A stretch of DNA of 64,000 nucleotides from Octopus vulgaris (GCA_951406725.2 OX597818.1:103788001-103852000), one strand, 5' to 3'. Positions 26,600 to 43,185 are shown, counted from the stretch's first letter. Numbers and translations are program-made. Notes: generated from the sequence alone by a model not told the origin.

Positions 26600-27260
26600 C
26601 ATGACAGTCTATTGCAACCTGTTCCAGTAAAGTGACCGGTGAAAATAACGTCAGAAAAGAACGATCCTCTTAATACATTTCAAAATAAGCCACACCTTCA
26701 TCTAACTCCTGGTTAATTAGCATAATGTTTCTCCATATTATGATGAATGTTAGGTTCCTTGTGGGTGAAATTGTAGTAGTTAATTTTGCCATTAATTTCG
26801 AATGTATCCTCACCACTACAAGTAACCCATATTGTAAAGTCTTTATTTTCTATGCGTCTTGCAATATAACCCTCGCAAAGCTCCGCAATTTGGTTTATAT
26901 TATCCTTCTTGAGAGGATGGAATTTCCTTGGAGTCTAACCTTTCCAGTGGTATCGCTTGAAATCAAGATTGACACAGAATTTTGAAATTCTTCTTTTACG
27001 TCGCTTGCTTTGTAAATATTTTTGACTTTTGACAACAAATTTCTGGTAAAATGTCTCTGCGTTTTTGGATTGCATTCATATCACCAGTATTCTGAACATC
27101 TGCTGCGAATATTTTGCAAAAATCTGCCTATTTTGAACAGATCTCCTCATTACTAATTCGAGTTATTGTACGTCACGTATGTGGATAATTTGAAACTCCC
27201 TCCTAAACTGTCTTTAAAGTCAGAACATGTTTCCACAATTGCGTAAGCACTTTAATATAA
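26600..27260 (-). pseudogene. Possible decayed Penelope-like ORF relic next to family F element
   Basis: Only short peptides (KPNCG; TYVTYNN) reminiscent of the PLE linker/Cys region; heavily disrupted. Confidence 0.25.
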
Positions 27261-27580
27261 ATTTCGTTTCCGTTGGATTTAGTCCGCATCCCAGTATTAT
27301 TTCATATGTGTTACACATCTTTGATATATGGATATGTGATGTTATCTTCCTGCACATCGGGATCGAGCCATTAACTACGTGGTAGCTAAGCAAACTTTTG
27401 CGCGGCATAAGGCTGTCTTTTGATAATTGGTAAAAAGTAATATATTCTATTTTGATGTGTGCTTCTTATCCGCAGGCCTATTCTTCATTTATCTCTGTCT
27501 CACACTATACAAACAATATGCGTGCACATATTGCATCTGCATATGTATGTGTATCTAAACATACATATATGTATATATGA

Positions 27581-27649
<69 letters not shown>

Positions 27650-27827
27650 TATGAACATTCATATATAAATACTCACACACATATATATATATACATATAT
27701 ATACATATATATATACGCATTTATTTATATATACACATATATATATATATGTATATATATAGATGTATATATATATACATATGTATATATGTATATATAT
27801 ATGTATATATATGTATATATGTATATA

Positions 27828-27893
<66 letters not shown>

Positions 27894-28373
27894 CGTATGT
27901 ATGAAAAGTGAAAAAGGTCGAGATACATTTATCTTCGTCCTGCATCCAACTTATTCTTATCGCTGAAACAGTCTCTGCTCTCTTTAGCAAATTATTTCTT
28001 TCTATTTTATCGTTATTGTCTTGGTAAGTAATATGCAGATATGTGAGGAAACGTTTTAGATTCTCGAGTCGCCTTACCATTTATAGGTTTCAAAAGAAAA
28101 GAAGAACGAAAAACAAAACAAAACAAAATAGATTGAGAACCGAGAGATTAAGGAAACAAGAAAAAAATTAGAGAGGGAGGAGTGAAGGAGACAAATAGAG
28201 AAAGGAGGAAAAGAGGAAGTACGTAACAGACATGATATTAAATGAACTTTGATCCATATGCTTACATATCTTGTAGAAATTATCGCTTCCCACATAAACT
28301 TTCTTCAGTATGATTTCCTTCGTGATCGATTAAGATATCCAAATAGTTTCAAGTAAACGCTTATGTATTTAGG

Positions 28374-28444
<71 letters not shown>

Positions 28445-28564
28445 GTATATGCATTTTTGCATGGACTTGTATATATAAACATATACACACGCCTATATAC
28501 AGCACGTACTAACACAGCGCATTGTATCTGCTTATATATGTATATATATCTGTGTTTTATGTAC

Positions 28565-28608
<44 letters not shown>

Positions 28609-28648
28609 ATACGTATATATTTTTATGTATGTACAGCACTGTGTTTAT

Positions 28649-28728
<80 letters not shown>

Positions 28729-29429
28729 ATATGTATTCATACACATACACACAGGCACAAACTCACTCACACACTCACACAGAGAAATAAATAAATATAT
28801 ATATATTATATATATATACGCGCATGAGATCAATGTTGCATTTATGTGTCTATGTGTATGTGCTTGTGCGCGTGCGTGTCTTTTTCTTGGACTTGCATTA
28901 CATGCAACCTGAATAAGTACGTCTATTTGGATTCACATCCAATTTTGATCGATACCATTTTTTCAAGATAGGTTCTGACCCTGACAGCTACAGCCCCTTC
29001 CTATTGCTTTCACTAGGTTTGGACGTTGATTAAACAGTACACCATTGTTCTATGTGATGAATGATACGTAACCAGAACTCTTGTATATTGTTACTGAAGG
29101 AGAGCAACCGGAATTTAGATCATCGTTGAAGTATACACCATACTTCAACCGAGAGTTTATAGTATGGTCCGTGGTGAGGCTGGTGGATAATTAGTAGTAC
29201 ATATGGTAGTCCCGAACAGACGTAAGATCGCAAAGTATTGTGGTAACATCTTTGAGACGTATTGAGAAAGAAAAATATATCGAAACGATTAATGTTTTTG
29301 CATTACTTAGAAGTATAACAAGGCATGAAAGGCCTAAATGAATAAAAGAATAATGAGTAGGATTAATTGAAAATATATCAAACATAGCTGTGTTTAGGTT
29401 TTCAGAACTACAACAATGCCTTGCCAATC

Positions 29430-29635
29430 TTTATCATCGCTGTCATTCTCGACTTCATCATCGTCGTCATCATTATCATTGTCATCGCCTTCATCAAAAT
29501 TGTCGTAGTGAGTTATCAAAATAATGTCTCTCGTGGCCGTCGTCGTTGTCATCATCATCATTAGTATCATCGACATAGTTGCCATCGCCGTACTCGTCAT
29601 CATCATCATCATCATTAACAACGTCGTCATCGTTG
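29430..29635. repeat. Degenerate (CAT/CGT)n trinucleotide repeat
   Basis: Direct inspection. Confidence 0.9.
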
Positions 29636-32600
29636 TGGCTTGACTGAAATGCTTTAAGACAAAATAAATTATTATTATTATTATTTTACTCTAGGTACAA
29701 GGCCCGAATTCTTGGAATCTTTGATTGTCAAAACCAAAGCACTGCAAGCTGTATTCCTGTTCTTCCGTCCTGTTGGGTGTAATCATGGAATTAGCGTTGG
29801 GCAATGTCCACCTCTACCATTATCTAAATGCTATTCAGAGTTCCAACTCCATTTGCAGAGCTTGACATCCCTTTATTTTTTAACATCAAGTAAGATAAAT
29901 TTCAAAGGATATCTTCATTTGCTACTCTGTATGAGCCAAGACGAAGTTTAATTGAGATACTATAATAACTTGGTAGTTATAATACCTGACCTGCATTATA
30001 TTATATATTATCTAAATAACATTTGTGTAATGCTGAACTGAAAAATAATTAAGTTGTGTTCGTTACATTTCTAAATTACATGGCAGATGTAACTGGATAC
30101 GATGTTATATCGCTAAATTCACTCTTGATAGACTTATAGACTCCCCTAAGTACAAGAATTTTTCGAGATGTCAAATGACTTCACTTGGCTATTGCCATTT
30201 GCAATTATATACCCGAAGAAGTGAGAATATTGTATTCTAATGATTCCTTTCGAATCCAGATTTGTGGATCCAGCTTTTAAAAGGTTTTGCTAATTGCATT
30301 TTTTGTTTGTCTGTTTTATATGAAACATTAATTTTTTCTGTATATTATTTTGTTATTGAGAGTGAAGAGTATGTAAACCGGTCATATTACACGTTTACTT
30401 ATATCAATCAACAGTTAAATGCAACTGTTTTGTTTCAGTTGCGACTATTCTGGTTTTTGGTTCAGTTATAAATGAATTTTTTTTTAAATATCAATGCTGG
30501 AGATTGGAGTTAAGCCTAATATGTATAGCTATAACAATCAATAATCTTTCACGTTGAATCAAAATTCTGCTGAAATAAGTAAATTTAAAAACATGAGAAA
30601 AAATATCATTTAAACAGACATCAATTTTAAACTCTTTATTTAACTACATTTACTAACGGAAGACGATTTGCATCTGCAAACGTTTTCCGATAGTAAAAGT
30701 GTCAGCATTTCTCTCCATTTGGATTAGTACTGATCAACTAAACAGATTAGTTCGGCAGCCATAATAATTGGAACGTCACAAATCCATATGATTTGCTAAA
30801 ACGATTTTTTTTTTGATTGATGCAACGTTTATAGTTCTAATCTTCACGCAAGCGTGAATATGGTCGTTTATTTTCTCCTTAGTTTTCTTTGCTTTGCTAA
30901 CCTCTTCCTTTCTTTTCTTTCGCTAACCTATTTGTTGCAATCTAATATTCTTTGTGTATCAGCCCCCACAATCAGACGTAAACTGTTGTGGACATCAACT
31001 GGAAAATTGCTGATATGGGTATGAAACGGAAGAACATAAAAAAACTTACAAATTAATATTTAAAAAAAACAGTACACAGGCCTTCATAACAATAATGATA
31101 AAATGAGAATCTTCAGCGTATTCAACAGATATACCGCATATTTTATGCGTTATTGACTACACTAATCAAGAAAATAATCTCTTTTTTTTTATCAGAGATG
31201 AAAATAATGTTTTGAGAATGGTTTCGTTACTGATTCTAAATCTGTCTTTAGATTTTCAGAGAAATGTAAAATTGTGACACATATTTTTGTGACATTTATC
31301 AATACTTAAATATATATTTTATATTTAATAACTTTTTATATAAAATATGTTCGTTTCTAGAAATAAACCATACAGCGTAGACTTCATTTGCTTACACAAA
31401 GTATTTTGGTTTTGCATCCAACTGTCCATTAGAATCCCATCAATATAAATAATATGTATTATACAAATTTTCAACCTGTTGTTGCTTTTCTTTTTATCTT
31501 TCATAGAATTTGAGTTAAACAAAAGAAATTCCTCATCATAACTTCATTGACATCTCATATTTTCTTCTATGCATTACATGAATATTTTAATGTACTCATT
31601 CTTCTTCATTATCACTGAGTACACACATTTTTGGGAAAGAATCTGGATAAGACAATATAAAGTGTATTTCTAATAAAACCAAGCTTGAAATATAGTGAGA
31701 GCGATTGATATTTTCAAATAAAATATCGATGTATAATAACCTACAAAGTTTTAGAATAGTGACTTAAAATCTACGAAGCTGTTATTCCTAACTACTGCAG
31801 GTTTACTTGATTTCAATGAGTTTTGTAATTTCCCTATCAACCCATTAAGCTCGGTCATTTAAGATTAAAACTTTTACATAAAGGATTATGGTTTAGAAAC
31901 GAATTGACTATACCTATTGTATTACCAAAATTCTATCTTCAACCAAGCTTCACCTGGAAAGTAATATACTGCTGGAATAAAAGCACAAATACTTAGGACA
32001 TACATTCTCTATATTTACTGCTCATATGTATTATAGTGATTCAGGTTCAACATATGGGCATAAGAAACAACAGCATGCGATAAATACAGCTTGCAATTTC
32101 ATTAGTATGACCGACATACTCAGTTGTCTACAGAGATTCCCTTCATAAACACCGTATTGACGATTGTTATTTACGATACCCGTGTTTTCTTATGTTTCAT
32201 TTAAGTGGACAGAATGTACATTGTAATATTAGCATTTGTATTTTGCTTCACATTAATGTTATACTACAAAACATGTCGTCTGTGGCTTTTTTTGATGAGT
32301 CGATTAAGATGTACCACTCAGAAGCGACAGAAGTCAACAGAAAAATTGTGAAGTGTGCATTAATGTCTTGGAACGCTGGAACTAATAACAATAGGCTATG
32401 AGGCGTCATTGTGATTTCCCTTTTACTAGCATACACTTTATTATAACTTATCTGGCTTCAGTCAGCGCAAGTGACATTCGGTCTTTCGTTAATAATATGT
32501 TAAGTATGTAACATTATTCACGTAACATTATTCACATGATTTTCAATAGAAATATCATGACTTATTCTATTTTATCCAGGCATGTTTAAAAAGGATCAGT

Positions 32601-33029
32601 ACTGCAACAAACTGCCTCTTCCTTACTGTCAATTACATTCTCATCTTTGAAGGACACTTATACAGATACTATATGAAAAAATACGGGAACTTCCTCCGTT
32701 ATATCCAACATAAAGTAGTATATAAATCTTATGTAACCCTAAGGCCAGGCGCATGACAAGAGGAGCTACAACTAAATGTTTAAGGCGAGGTTCAGGCAGA
32801 AGGTTTGCAGCTACGAGCTAAGCTTCGGTTAAAACTATAAAAATGAAATTTTCAAATTCAACAAATAAAATAATAAAATTGCGACACCTTTACATGCCCT
32901 AAAATATCGATTTAACGATAAAAGATAAATAGAATCTATACACAAAGAAACTTGTAGATAAATCTATTTTCTCTATCTCACTTGACCGCCGGTAGCGGAG
33001 AAATTTTCTAGAATTTTTTGGTACCCTAA

Positions 33030-33090
<61 letters not shown>

Positions 33091-33110
33091 TATATATATA
33101 TATATATATA

Positions 33111-33220
<110 letters not shown>

Positions 33221-33225
33221 CACAC

Positions 33226-33280
<55 letters not shown>

Positions 33281-33287
33281 CACACAG

Positions 33288-33332
<45 letters not shown>

Positions 33333-33335
<3 letters not shown>

Positions 33336-33750
33336 AGTTAAACGTTGGTGTTATTCAGATTCTTTTACTTCTAACAAATTTATCGAAGACATTAGTATTA
33401 TTCATTTCATCATTATACCCATCCATCACATTCTGTTAAAATGTCTTATTGATGACTTTTGTTTATTTATTTATTTCCCTGATGAGAATATTACATTGTT
33501 TTACACCAATATTACCAATTTTGTCTCCGAAACATGTGTCGGAAGTAGAAGAATTTGAATAACAACTGCGTTTAACTCCATTTATTTATTTATATGTATT
33601 ATACAAAAACGTTCACAGCAACCCGGAGTTTATACCTTTAAAAACAGGGTTTACGTCCTTATAACTTGTGTAATTTTTGCTGCCCTGGTAACTGTTTATC
33701 TATATTTCCGTGTTAATTGTAAACAAGGGAGAAATACATAAATCCATATA
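33333..33750 (+). mobile_element. Family G element with hammerhead and short inverted arm
   Basis: 33333-33373 is the reverse complement of ~33538-33580; homologous to 55740-56135; TA tracts on both sides. Confidence 0.75.
33473..33546 (+). ncRNA. Type I hammerhead ribozyme motif (stem II eroded)
   Basis: ATTTCC-CTGATGA-G...C-GAAA-CATGT-GTC-GGAAGT. Confidence 0.7.
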
Positions 33751-33774
33751 ACATCCATGTATATATATATATAT

Positions 33775-34192
33775 CATTATTGCCCATAGGAGGTTAAATA
33801 TAGAGATGACAAACAAGGACAGACAAAGGTATTAAAGTCGATTACATCGACCTAATGCGTAAATGGTACTTATTTTAATCATAATATGACATCGTAGGTG
33901 TAGGCTTCTATTCAACCTTTCTCATGGTATTACTTTTAAAAAGTATGAAAATATCATATAATCTACATTTATTGTAAATTTATAAGGTATATTATGATTT
34001 TTAACGTGCTATTTTATGTAGACTTGGGTGTAAATGTTCCCGTTCGAATCCCATTTTGTGAGGATTTCTTCACAGACACTTATAACACTATAAGTCGAAC
34101 TCGGCGGAATTTGAACTCAGAACGAAATGAAAGACGAAATACTGCTAACCATTTCGCCCGGCATGCTAACGTTTCTGCCAGCTCGGCGCCTT
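33775..34192 (-). mobile_element. SINE family B copy interrupted by a ~215-bp insertion (33881-34092)
   Basis: SINE tail half 33775-33880 and head half 34093-34192 flank sequence that is an inverted copy of 38526-38746. Confidence 0.85.
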
Positions 34193-34344
34193 AGCTACAA
34201 ATAAATATAATACGATAGCTTTATATGGACAAACACGCAACACTTAAGGTCTTTTGCCAGTATCCAGTATACTCCCAACTATACTCACAATTTGATGCCC
34301 TTACACACACTCAGGCGTGTGTATATGTGTGTGTGTGCACGTGC

Positions 34345-34382
<38 letters not shown>

Positions 34383-34586
34383 GCATGTAGATATGCAGAG
34401 AGATACAGCGATAGATACCGTATGGGATGTGTTTGTTTACAATTTAATAACTCCTTAAGGATTTTTAGGGGATTTAATAAAAATATTAGTTTACACTTGA
34501 GATTATTTAGGAAATATGAAAACATTAATAAAATTGGAGATGCCAAATCTTATTTTCATAAAACGTACATGATTACATATGCATAT

Positions 34587-34639
<53 letters not shown>

Positions 34640-35176
34640 ATATATGTATATATTTGTATATATATATATATATATGTATATTCATATATATGTGTGCATA
34701 TGTGTGTGTATGTATGTATATGCATGAACGTATGTAAGGTTATGTTATATGTATGCCTTAGTGCTACGCGGTATGAGCAACATGTTTTTAAAGGGATATG
34801 CAGGTAAATTAACTTTCAGTGTGTTTTCCCACGGTGATAAAAAAAATAAATAAAGGAAATAAAATCACACGCAATTAGAAAAAGCGGGATGTTGTAGAAA
34901 CTACCTCTCCTGCTCCCTTGAAGAAGGATTGCTGTTTTCCAATTTATTTTGTCAAACATTAATAGTTTGGTGTATTTGTGTTGCTCACAGAATTGCGGAA
35001 TAAGAAAGCGAAATACATATATAATCTCACCTGCCCTGCTTTACATGTCTCACAAATATATACAGATGTATATATAAATATATACATATACATGTGCATG
35101 TACACAAGCATACATATACATCTTACATTTACATATATATGTATATATATATATATACAGAGAGAGAGAGAGAGAT

Positions 35177-35558
35177 GAAGGCGCATGGCTCAGTGGTTAG
35201 ATCGTCGGACCGGGCTGCGTTTTGTGTTCTTCAGCAAGATAGTCTATTTCACGTTGCTCCAGTTCCCTAAGCTGTAGAAATAAGTTGCGACGTCACAGGT
35301 GCCAAGTTGTATCGGCCTTTGCGTAGCTGTGTGTGTCTCTCTCTTTCTCTTTCTCTCTCTTTGCTTGTCCCCCTGCCATCGCTTGACAACCTCAGCCGGT
35401 GTGTCTATGTACACGCAACTTAGCGGTTTGGCAAAGTTACGTGAAAATATGTACTAGGCTTTAAAAAATAGGTCTTGTGGTCGATTTCTTCGCCTAGAAA
35501 CATTAAAGGCGTTACTACAGCATGGCTACAGTCGAATGACTACTAAAAGTGAAAGAAT
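35177..35558 (+). mobile_element. Family C-type SINE head joined to a family A 3' half
   Basis: GAAGGCGCATGGCTCAGTGGTTAG head; then CATCGCTTGACAACC...CAGCATGGCTACAGTCGAATGACT. Confidence 0.7.
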
Positions 35559-35597
35559 ATGTATATACATATATATATATATATACATATATATATA

Positions 35598-35762
35598 TGA
35601 GTAGCTGTGCGGTAAGTAGCTTGCTTACGAACCACATGGTTCCGCGTTCAGTCCCACTGCGTGGTGTCTTGGACAAGTGTCTCCTACTATAGCCTCGCGC
35701 CGACCAAAAGCTTTTGAATGGATTTGGTAGACGGAAACTGAAAGACGCCCGTCGTATATATA

Positions 35763-35793
<31 letters not shown>

Positions 35794-36072
35794 GTATATG
35801 TGTGTGTGTGTTTGTATGTGCGTATATGTGTGTGTGTATGTGTGTGTGTGTGTGTGTGTGTTCGTGTATGTTTGTGTGTCTGTTTTTATCCCCCAACTTT
35901 GCTTGACAACAAATGCTGCAGTGTTTATGTCCCTGTAACTTAGTGGTTCGGCAAAAGTAACCGTTAGAGATAAGTACTAGTCTTACAAAGAATAAGCCCT
36001 GGGGTCGATTTGCTCGACTAAAGGCGGTGCTCCAGCATGATCAAAGTCATTTGACTGAACCAAGTAAAAGAG
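35598..36072 (+). mobile_element. SINE family A full-length
   Basis: Consensus match including tail GGCGGTGCTCCAGCATG. Confidence 0.92.
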
Positions 36073-36209
36073 GAACCACTAATTTACGGGTAGGCAAAGA
36101 GGTAGTTCTGAACCAGGATGCATGGACTTGGGTAGGAGGCCTCTCACCACACATCCACGCGTGCACACACATACACGTATACCACAGCGCCATGGACGTA
36201 TACCCACAA

Positions 36210-36212
<3 letters not shown>

Positions 36213-36242
<30 letters not shown>

Positions 36243-36296
36243 TGTATGTATGTATGTATGTATGTATGTATGTATGTATGTATAGATAGATAGATT

Positions 36297-36358
<62 letters not shown>
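36213..36358. repeat. (TATG)n + (GATA)n tetranucleotide microsatellites
   Basis: Direct inspection; another (GATA)n lies at 39521-39622. Confidence 0.95.
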
Positions 36359-37084
36359 GAGGGCGAGTTAGAGAAAGAAAGAGAGAGGTATATCACCATA
36401 ATTTAATTCTATTGGTACTCTTTTTGCATTACATTCCTCAACAGTAATTAACAACTCGTGCGTTCTCAAGTATATTTATTTTATGGTTGCATTTGCTATG
36501 TGGAAATCTAGTTTATAATTAATTTCACTGCTTTAGTACAAAAACCATTTTGTTTCTTTTCTCTACTGCATTACTCCTATTTCGTTGCATTATATGTTTT
36601 TGTGATTTCATTACCTTAAACTCTCGTTGTATTTCTTACCTAATATTTGCTCAAATAATGAACAAAATAGATTGAAATTTACGTTTACATTTCCGTAAAA
36701 TGCAAGGAAAATGAAGAGCTATAATTTCATGGAAAATGAAGAGCTATATGCTAACGTACGGAAAATATATCTCTCTATCTGCTTCACTCTTCCTCTTTTT
36801 CTGTCTCCCTCTTTCAATATTTATCTATCTATGTGTGTATCTGTGTGTCTGTCTGTCTATCAGTCTCTCTATGTATTTATCAACAATTGCTACATGAAGT
36901 GAAAACTAATTTTAATGCAACACTGTCAAACCATCGTTTTTCAGGCCTAAATTCTGAAGTTACTTTCAACAACGATCTTGTATAATAATAATAATAATAA
37001 TTATTATTATGTACTATACAAAAGTATAGATTAGTCCATTGGATTAATGTAAAATTTCAATTATAAGTGACCATAAAAGACAAA

Positions 37085-37131
<47 letters not shown>

Positions 37132-37611
37132 ACGAACTTCTTTCAGGTTCCAAATGCTTTTTGTTTGTCCGAGGCTTTAGTTTACAATATTTACCTATAG
37201 TCTTCCCCAATGAGACTGAACACAGAACCATGTGTTTAGGAAGCAGAGTTCCGACTGCGAGAACTCAGAAAATATTTGTGGTTTTCTGGCATAATCAGCT
37301 ATCTTATGCTGAAGCTAATCCCACATGAGGACATAGATCACTGGTTGCCTTTTTTTTTCATTTTGTCAGTGCTAGATGTCACCGAGACGCCAACACCATC
37401 GTTGTTCTTTCGCAAATGCTAAGAAATGTTTGATGGACTCATGCTCTGCTCACCGTTTGGGTTTTTTCTTTCTCCCAGACCTCTCTTTAAAAAAAGAAGC
37501 TTATGATATCACATAAGTTCTTTCAACTGTAATGAAGAATATTCCACATGAATATATGCCGCGTTGCTTGGGACGAACTACATGAAATGTAGAATGGACA
37601 AAAGAAATGAA

Positions 37612-38110
37612 AGCGACAAGTGCAGAATGAATATGTGGTGTGAGGGGTGAAATGACATGTCACACTGTTAGCAAATTAGTACAGCATGATTACAAGAGAC
37701 GACCTAACAATGTAGCCAGAGTGAACCATTGCAAGTCCAGCGGAAATCACGGCCTATAGAGAGGTGAAACACGGTGTGAACAATTCCCAGGGGTTACCGA
37801 GAATGAAAGTTACAAAATCCTGTGGGATGCAATGATTAAGTAGTCACCAGATCAGGAATTAGCAACCTGATGCTGTTTGGGTGAACTAAAAAGAAAGAAA
37901 ACTTACACGATAATCGACATAGCATCTCCCAGTAGCAACAGGATCGAAGAAGAAAAAAAACTGAACAACTATGACGATTTCAAGTTAGAAATAATACGCA
38001 GGTTATGGGCAATGAAGAGAGTGGATGCGGTGACAGCAGTAATTGGTGCGCTTGGAAATATCAGCACCCAACTACCAAAGGGACTTTTAAATAATGGTAC
38101 TAATGTAAAG
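37612..38110 (+). pseudogene. R4/Dong-like non-LTR retrotransposon C-terminal relic (zinc knuckle plus restriction-like endonuclease)
   Basis: Frameshifted peptides DKCR..CG..GE..H, DYKRRPNNVAR, ENESYKILWD, QPD, IIDIASP, NYDDFKLEI.RRLWAMKRVDAVTAVIGALG match the RLE-clade motif order. Confidence 0.85.
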
Positions 38111-38175
38111 AATATCATTGATTGAAACTGTAAGATTTCTCCCAGTATTTGTTTTTAAATTTCACACTTATTCCA

Positions 38176-38243
<68 letters not shown>

Positions 38244-39043
38244 TTATATATGACAAGCTTCTTTCAATTTCTGTTTACCAGATTCAATTTTCTGGGCCCG
38301 AGGATATCGTAAAAGACGCTTGCCTGAGGTACCATACTGAAGTACTGGGCCCGGAACGATGTAGACGCAAACATCTTAACACAGGTAGTTATGTATATTT
38401 CCAAACGCATAGGATGCTCCGCTACAAATGAATACATTTCAGTATCTTGGTACACGATCTGACTCATATATAAATATGGTAAATTTGGGCCAAAATCCCC
38501 GAAAAGATGGGATTCGTATGCCAAATATATTGTTATAAGTGCCTGTGAAGAAATCCTCACAAAATGGGATTCGAACAGTAACATTTACACCCAAGTCTAC
38601 ATAAAATAGCAAGTTACAAATCATAATATACCTTATAAATTTACAATGAATATAGATTATATGATATTTTGTTACTTTTTAAAAGTAATACCATTAGAAA
38701 GGTTGAATAGAAGCCTACACCTACGATGTCATATTATGATTAAAATTTTGCAATATGTGTTCGCCATTTCTATCTTACTTTTTATAACCCAGCTTTTAGG
38801 GTTTAATGTTAGGTATAAGAACAAAACCTTAAACACGTTTATTGGTAATCTCAATGTTTACTGAAAAGGTTTGTTTTTTATACAAGGCTATATTCTATTT
38901 TCAAATAATGTGCATGCACTGACGTTAGCCACATTACACTAATACTTGAAGGTGAAATTCAGATCTCATGAAAAAGTGAAGTTTTGTGCTTACTGTACAA
39001 AAATAGTACAACACCAGATGACGGTTGCGCACAAACTCACACG

Positions 39044-40221
<1,178 letters not shown>

Positions 40222-40324
40222 TATGTATGCCATAGCTACACACATACATATAGCTACGAGCGTGCGTGTGCATGCGTTTATGTGTCTGTGCGCCTGCGTC
40301 TGTGCGTAATTGAAAAACAACATT

Positions 40325-40722
40325 TATTATATTTTATTGCCCAAATAGGGCTAAACATAGAGGGGACAAATAAACACAGCCAAAGGGATTAAGTCGATTA
40401 TATTGACCCCAGTGCGTAAATGATGAAAGGATGAAAGGCAAAGTTGACCTCGGCAGAATTCGAACTCAGAACGTAGTGGCAGACGAAATACCTATTTATT
40501 TACTACCCACAAGTAGCTAAACACAGAGGGGGACAAACAAGGACAGACAAACAGATTAAGTCGATTATATCGACCCCAGTGCGTAACTGGTACTTATTTA
40601 ATCGACCCCGAAAGGATGAAAGGCAAAGTTGACCTCGGCGGAATTTGAACTCAGAACGTAGCGGCAGACGAAATACGGCTAAGCATTTCGCCCGGCGTGC
40701 TAACGTTTCTGCCAGCTTACCA
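40325..40722 (-). mobile_element. SINE family B dimer
   Basis: Consensus blocks; head ends CGTTTCTGCCAGCT. Confidence 0.92.
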
Positions 40723-43059
40723 TTATTGATGTTCCTATTTTAGTTATAGTTGTGGATGTTTTTCTGACGGTCAGATCTTATGGTACAAACTTATGTTCAA
40801 ATGCCTTCCATAGTTGACCATCCCGGAGTATTCTTTTTTTATATATAAATTATGTCAAATGTGTCCTATTGCTTATATGAAAAGGTGATATTTAGGAAAA
40901 CAAATTAATAACCATTTTTAGCAGATCAATAGACCATATAAACAAGCTTTTGTTAAATTGAATCTATCTTTGTAGAAATATCCGAGTAGGTTGATACGGT
41001 GAGAGATATGGACATGAATGACTGTGGTAAATTAGTGAAAAAGTGATTGAGATAAAGTGAGAGAGAGAAAGTGAGAAGGAGATGAGAGAAGGAAAGAAAG
41101 AGACAGAAAGGGAAAGAGAAAGATGAGAAGATCATACAATGTTTTGAGACAGAGACAGGTGACGAATTCCTGTAGTCAGATTACAATGAAGAACGTTTCA
41201 GAGGTGTTTGTAATGCATTATAGGAGATGGAAGGAAAAGAAAGATGTATGAGAACAGCGTAGCGAGACTAGACGGAAGAATACAGACAGTAAATCAGACA
41301 GAGAGATTATGAATAAGTAGATAAATAGATAACCATCTAGATGTAGCAAAACAGTTCGAAAATCAAATTTAGAGAACATGATATTGATTTTACTTTGAAG
41401 AGACAAACATAGTAACATATTGTGTCGTTGTGCATTGTCGATTCAATTGACCTCCGAATATGACGGTTATTTATATTAGAAGCATTCGGTAAATCAAATA
41501 CAATTCCGACTGCTGCAGATATCTGAAGGAAAGCAGTAAAACTTTAAACTCTACTGCTAGACGAACTTAAGAGAGAAACCACATTTAGAATGAAGATAGA
41601 GTAAATAAAATTCTCAATCGATATAGGGGTGTGTATGACAGTAATACGGTGAGAAACGAAAGTGAAACAAAAGCAAAAAAAGAAGTATGAAAAAATTCAA
41701 CATAAAATAAAGACGATGTTATAAAGAAAGTGTGAAGAACTTCAGAACTTTCTAAACTATTATACGACATTTTTGTAGAAATAAATTAATGACTTGTGTT
41801 GACTTCTCCATTTATCTTTCTATTCATTCCAACTTTTCCTTCACGTTTTTGCCGTTCACTAAATCTGACTTCTTTCTTTGTCTGGAAATTTCGGAATTTT
41901 TCCTGATGTTGTCGTTGTACATTTTTATTAGTTCTGTATGTTGTATTTTCTGTATATTTGCTTTCCGATTTTTATAGTTGATATTTCCTTTATCTTTAAT
42001 TGTTGCATAATTCATTATTATAATGAACAGAATTTCCTTCACCTAGTTAAAAAAAGAAAACGAAACAAGATGATTTCTTTACAGTATCAACAACTTCAAT
42101 TCTTTTATATTTGAAAGCTGAAGGTTATAAAACAATTAATGAAATGTCTCCTGAAAGTCTTCACTAAAGCTATTTTTATATGCTCTGTTTTTATAGAATT
42201 ACCTGGAGGGCAAATAAGTAGTTGTCTGTCGAATGACACGGGTTTATTGAAATATACCACAATAACATCATATGTTATATAATCTTGAGAGATAAAAGCA
42301 TATTGATGGACAGAGAGGACAGAGTCTCCTTGAACTACAAAACACAATAGCTATCAGGGAAACCGGTAATTAATTTCGTCCAGTGATTCTCTCCTAGAAC
42401 GTCAGCTTTCTTGACTTCACTTCAGAACCACGATCATTTTCCATGTTAAAATTACAGTTCTTGCAGACATATATTGCTTTTGGCTCCCCTAATACATTCA
42501 AGTAAATAAACCCTTTTTCTACTAGAAATAATTAAAACAGTATGTGTTTCCGACTTTCACTGGTGTTCAGGTATAATTTCAAAGAACCTCTGACTCTAGG
42601 GTTGATTTTAACTGAGAAAAGATGAAATAATCGATACGTTTAGCATTTTTAACTCCTACAGTCATATTAGCGACAAGTTCCCTATCGTTATATTTACATT
42701 ATATAGAACCCATTGTGATACAGTATACACACACCGAGGAGCCAGCACAACAAATTCGAATGCATACAGCTATTTGAAATTCAAGTATTATAAGTGATAT
42801 CTTCCACAGATTATAACTTACAACCGATTGAAAAATTTACCTGAAATGACTTTAAATACACTTGGGTCATGTCCATAACGACGTTGCCTATAGAATTGCT
42901 TAACCGAGGTTAAACCACAAACACACCGAAACATCTATTATTATCATCCGCATAGTGTTGATACGATTATTACTGAATACCATTAGTACTCTCCATGCAT
43001 TGTTGCATTGATTTTTTTGTATTTATGTATTTATCTTTCGTTCTTGATACGCACGCTCC

Positions 43060-43099
<40 letters not shown>

Positions 43100-43130
43100 T
43101 ATATATGTTTAAATGATATATCGCATGTTC

Positions 43131-43185
<55 letters not shown>

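Noticed and set aside
28960-29240. Possible coding exon or C/D snoRNA (GTGATGA...CTGA)
   Set aside because: Stops in all plus frames, no recognisable peptide, and C-D spacing of only ~45 nt with no terminal stem.
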